From: Macrostomum lignano
Lineage: Eukaryota
Direction: 5' to 3'
NCBI GenBank assembly: GCA_002269645.1
Contig: NIVC01003513.1
Location: forward strand, 1 to 64,000
Length of the DNA: 64,000 bases
The notes beneath the pieces are model-generated. The model was not told the DNA's origin. It made no database searches and was given only the letters and a program-made list of their open reading frames with translations. Position numbers and translations under genes: made by a program. Shown here in pieces: positions 62,129 to 64,000 of the stretch; the stretch's first letter is position 1, and the number at the start of each line of letters is the position of its first letter.

Positions 62129-62810
62129 TTGCCATGACCATGATATAGACTATGAGCTCTAGAAACTAATAGGCTAACTAAAATCATGAAAAGTTAGAAA
62201 AGTTTAGAAATGACTAAATTAGTCAATAAAATAGGTTATTATTATTAATAAATCTCTAAACTGCAAAGGTAAAATTGGTCCTAGGTCAATTCAATAACAA
62301 GACATTTTGGTGACAACTTGGGAAATTTTTATGACAATATTGCTAGTCAATTTAGTAACAAGTATTGATAAATATTCAAATATAGCTTTTACTAAACTTG
62401 AGTGAAATGAAAGTAATAAAGGAAATTTGCTATGCTCTTATATGTATATATAGTTGACAATTACTCTGCAACATTGCTGCCTTTTTTACCCATGAATATA
62501 GATAAACCACTCTGCAGGGATCTGAATTGATGTAAGGCTAGGATCAATTGAAACATACTTTTCAAGGTGTGTGAACTTTATAAAGAGTCAAAAATATTGA
62601 ATGCCCAAAACATTTGGTCCTGATTTCTCTATGCCAATTTCTTTATAAAGCTATATATAGCTACTGTTATGTCAAAAAATTGACCACTTTAGCATTTGGC
62701 CAGGGATCTCTAGGAATAATTGAGGTAGCAATGTATAGTAGATATGGGAATCAGAGATGGCTATGCAGAATCAGCCTGGGATAGAGAAAATGATTATGAT
62801 GGGGCTTCAT

Positions 62811-64000
62811 ATTGAAACAAAAATTATATGGCTTTTTCCCATATTATCGTTTCCTTCTGCCAATAGTTCAGGAAGACAACGAACAATGGACTTCTCGATG
62901 GTAACTTTCTCTGTGTGATCTCTAGAGTCACATTCTCAAACTTCAGGCGAGGATCTTTCCTCTTCAATCAGTATATTTTATAAGCTAGCACACTGTACGC
63001 GAGCAACGAGGAATAGGAGCAGTAGGGGGAGAGAGTGGGATTTTGAGGCCCAATAGGCAGTGTCGGTCAGAGGTTGTGCATGCATCACGCGAGGGTCGCA
63101 TGGCTGGGCTTCTTGCTCGCCGATCATCAGGACTATTTTTAGGCATGCAGATCTTGTGCATCTGGGAGTTGCTGCCAAGGCTGGATGCTTGTTCACGCAT
63201 CACGCGCGTGTCGGCTGATTTCTCCCATCCTCTTGCTAACGGCGCCTTCGTTTCACTTCAGTCGCTCTTTTTTCAGGGAAGCGAGGCCCTCCGAGCTCTG
63301 TTGAAAATAAGCTTGGAGCAATGATGACATGGCGTACAGTTGTGCATTTGCTTGCGATACGCAGTCCCACTTGGTAACTTGCAGTTGAGTTGATGTTGTT
63401 GAAACACGAAACTTGGTCAAGGGGCAAAGTGAACTTGTGACAACAGTGGATGAATTGTACCAGCATATCCTCTTGACTATTTAATCAGATCTGAGAGGGG
63501 GATTGACGTGAACTCGGAAACTCGACAAATTGAATGGGCTTTTCGATGCCCTAAACAGTGACGCAAATAGGACTGGACACAGAGACTCGACAAATTGAAA
63601 CAGCGTCTGGTAGACAGTCAGATCGGGATGCTGGCTGAAGGTACATTGCAGTTAAATAGGACGTCGGAAAAATACCGTCTTGACCAAATTGATTGTGTAG
63701 ATCTCTCAACGAGAGTTTCTTCTTGGAAGGGTAAACTGCGTCGCTTCTTGATCTTCGTCTATTGGTCTTATCTAGTTCGAAGTTTTCCTTTACTGAAGGC
63801 AGGAAAGTCTCAGTTCTCGATTTACTCGGATGGCTGTGGAAGACATGCAGCAGAGCGATAACTGCATGGTGTCTGAGACTTCTGTCTAGCGGCGACTCAC
63901 GCGGTCAGTGGAACCAATTGAAACGAAAATTATATGGGTTTTCCCATATTATCGTTTCCTTCTGCCAATAGTTCAGGAAGACAACGAACAATGGACTTCT
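62811..64000. repeat. Direct repeat with a ~1105-bp period (62811-62895 and 63917-64000, running off the window): terminal repeat of an element or a large tandem unit
   Basis: 55 nt identical (62841-62895 = 63946-64000) plus about 30 nt near-identical upstream. Confidence 0.85.

Larger units (their letters stand above)
58561..62810. other. AT-rich, strongly CpG-depleted block with no minisatellites
   Basis: Hand count of about 10 CG dinucleotides in about 4.25 kb; 0 CG versus 22 GC in 60301-60660. Confidence 0.9.

Noticed and set aside
63553-63905. HSHP..PS motif suggesting a JAMM/MPN domain
   Set aside because: The catalytic Asp and upstream Glu are not in place and there is no start codon; likely chance.

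Overview
Eukaryotic (animal) genomic DNA with GC-rich, poly-Ala/Gln/Pro-laden exons. About 33 different tandem-repeat arrays cover roughly a third of the window by hand tally. This architecture resembles the flatworm Macrostomum lignano, but that is an inference, not a database result. Seven protein-coding loci could be reconstructed by hand with GT-AG introns and consistent phases: (1) the 3' part of gamma-tubulin, full of homopolymer indels that are probably sequencing error; (2) a 15-exon neprilysin/M13-family protein that has lost all zinc-binding and catalytic residues; (3) a 3xLIM protein with a polyQ tail and one homopolymer frameshift; (4) a single-coding-exon ankyrin-repeat protein; (5) a RING + NHL-like beta-propeller protein; (6) FoxD, with an intron in the forkhead box; (7) a divergent SRF. 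Mobile DNA includes a hAT-type MITE with a perfect 8-bp TSD that carries its own minisatellite, two inverted tRNA-derived CORE-type SINEs, a decayed CR1/L2-like LINE 3' end, a 273-bp Helentron-like insert inside a GATA tract, and a direct repeat that runs off the window end. The most striking unexplained signals are the intact pseudo-protease, a 4.3-kb block almost free of CpG directly upstream of SRF that holds two perfect CArG boxes, and long introns filled by gene-private minisatellites that abut or supply splice sites. No CRISPR arrays, rRNA or genuine tRNA genes were seen. Most long ORFs in the supplied track are artefacts of tandem repeats or antisense shadows of GC-rich exons.
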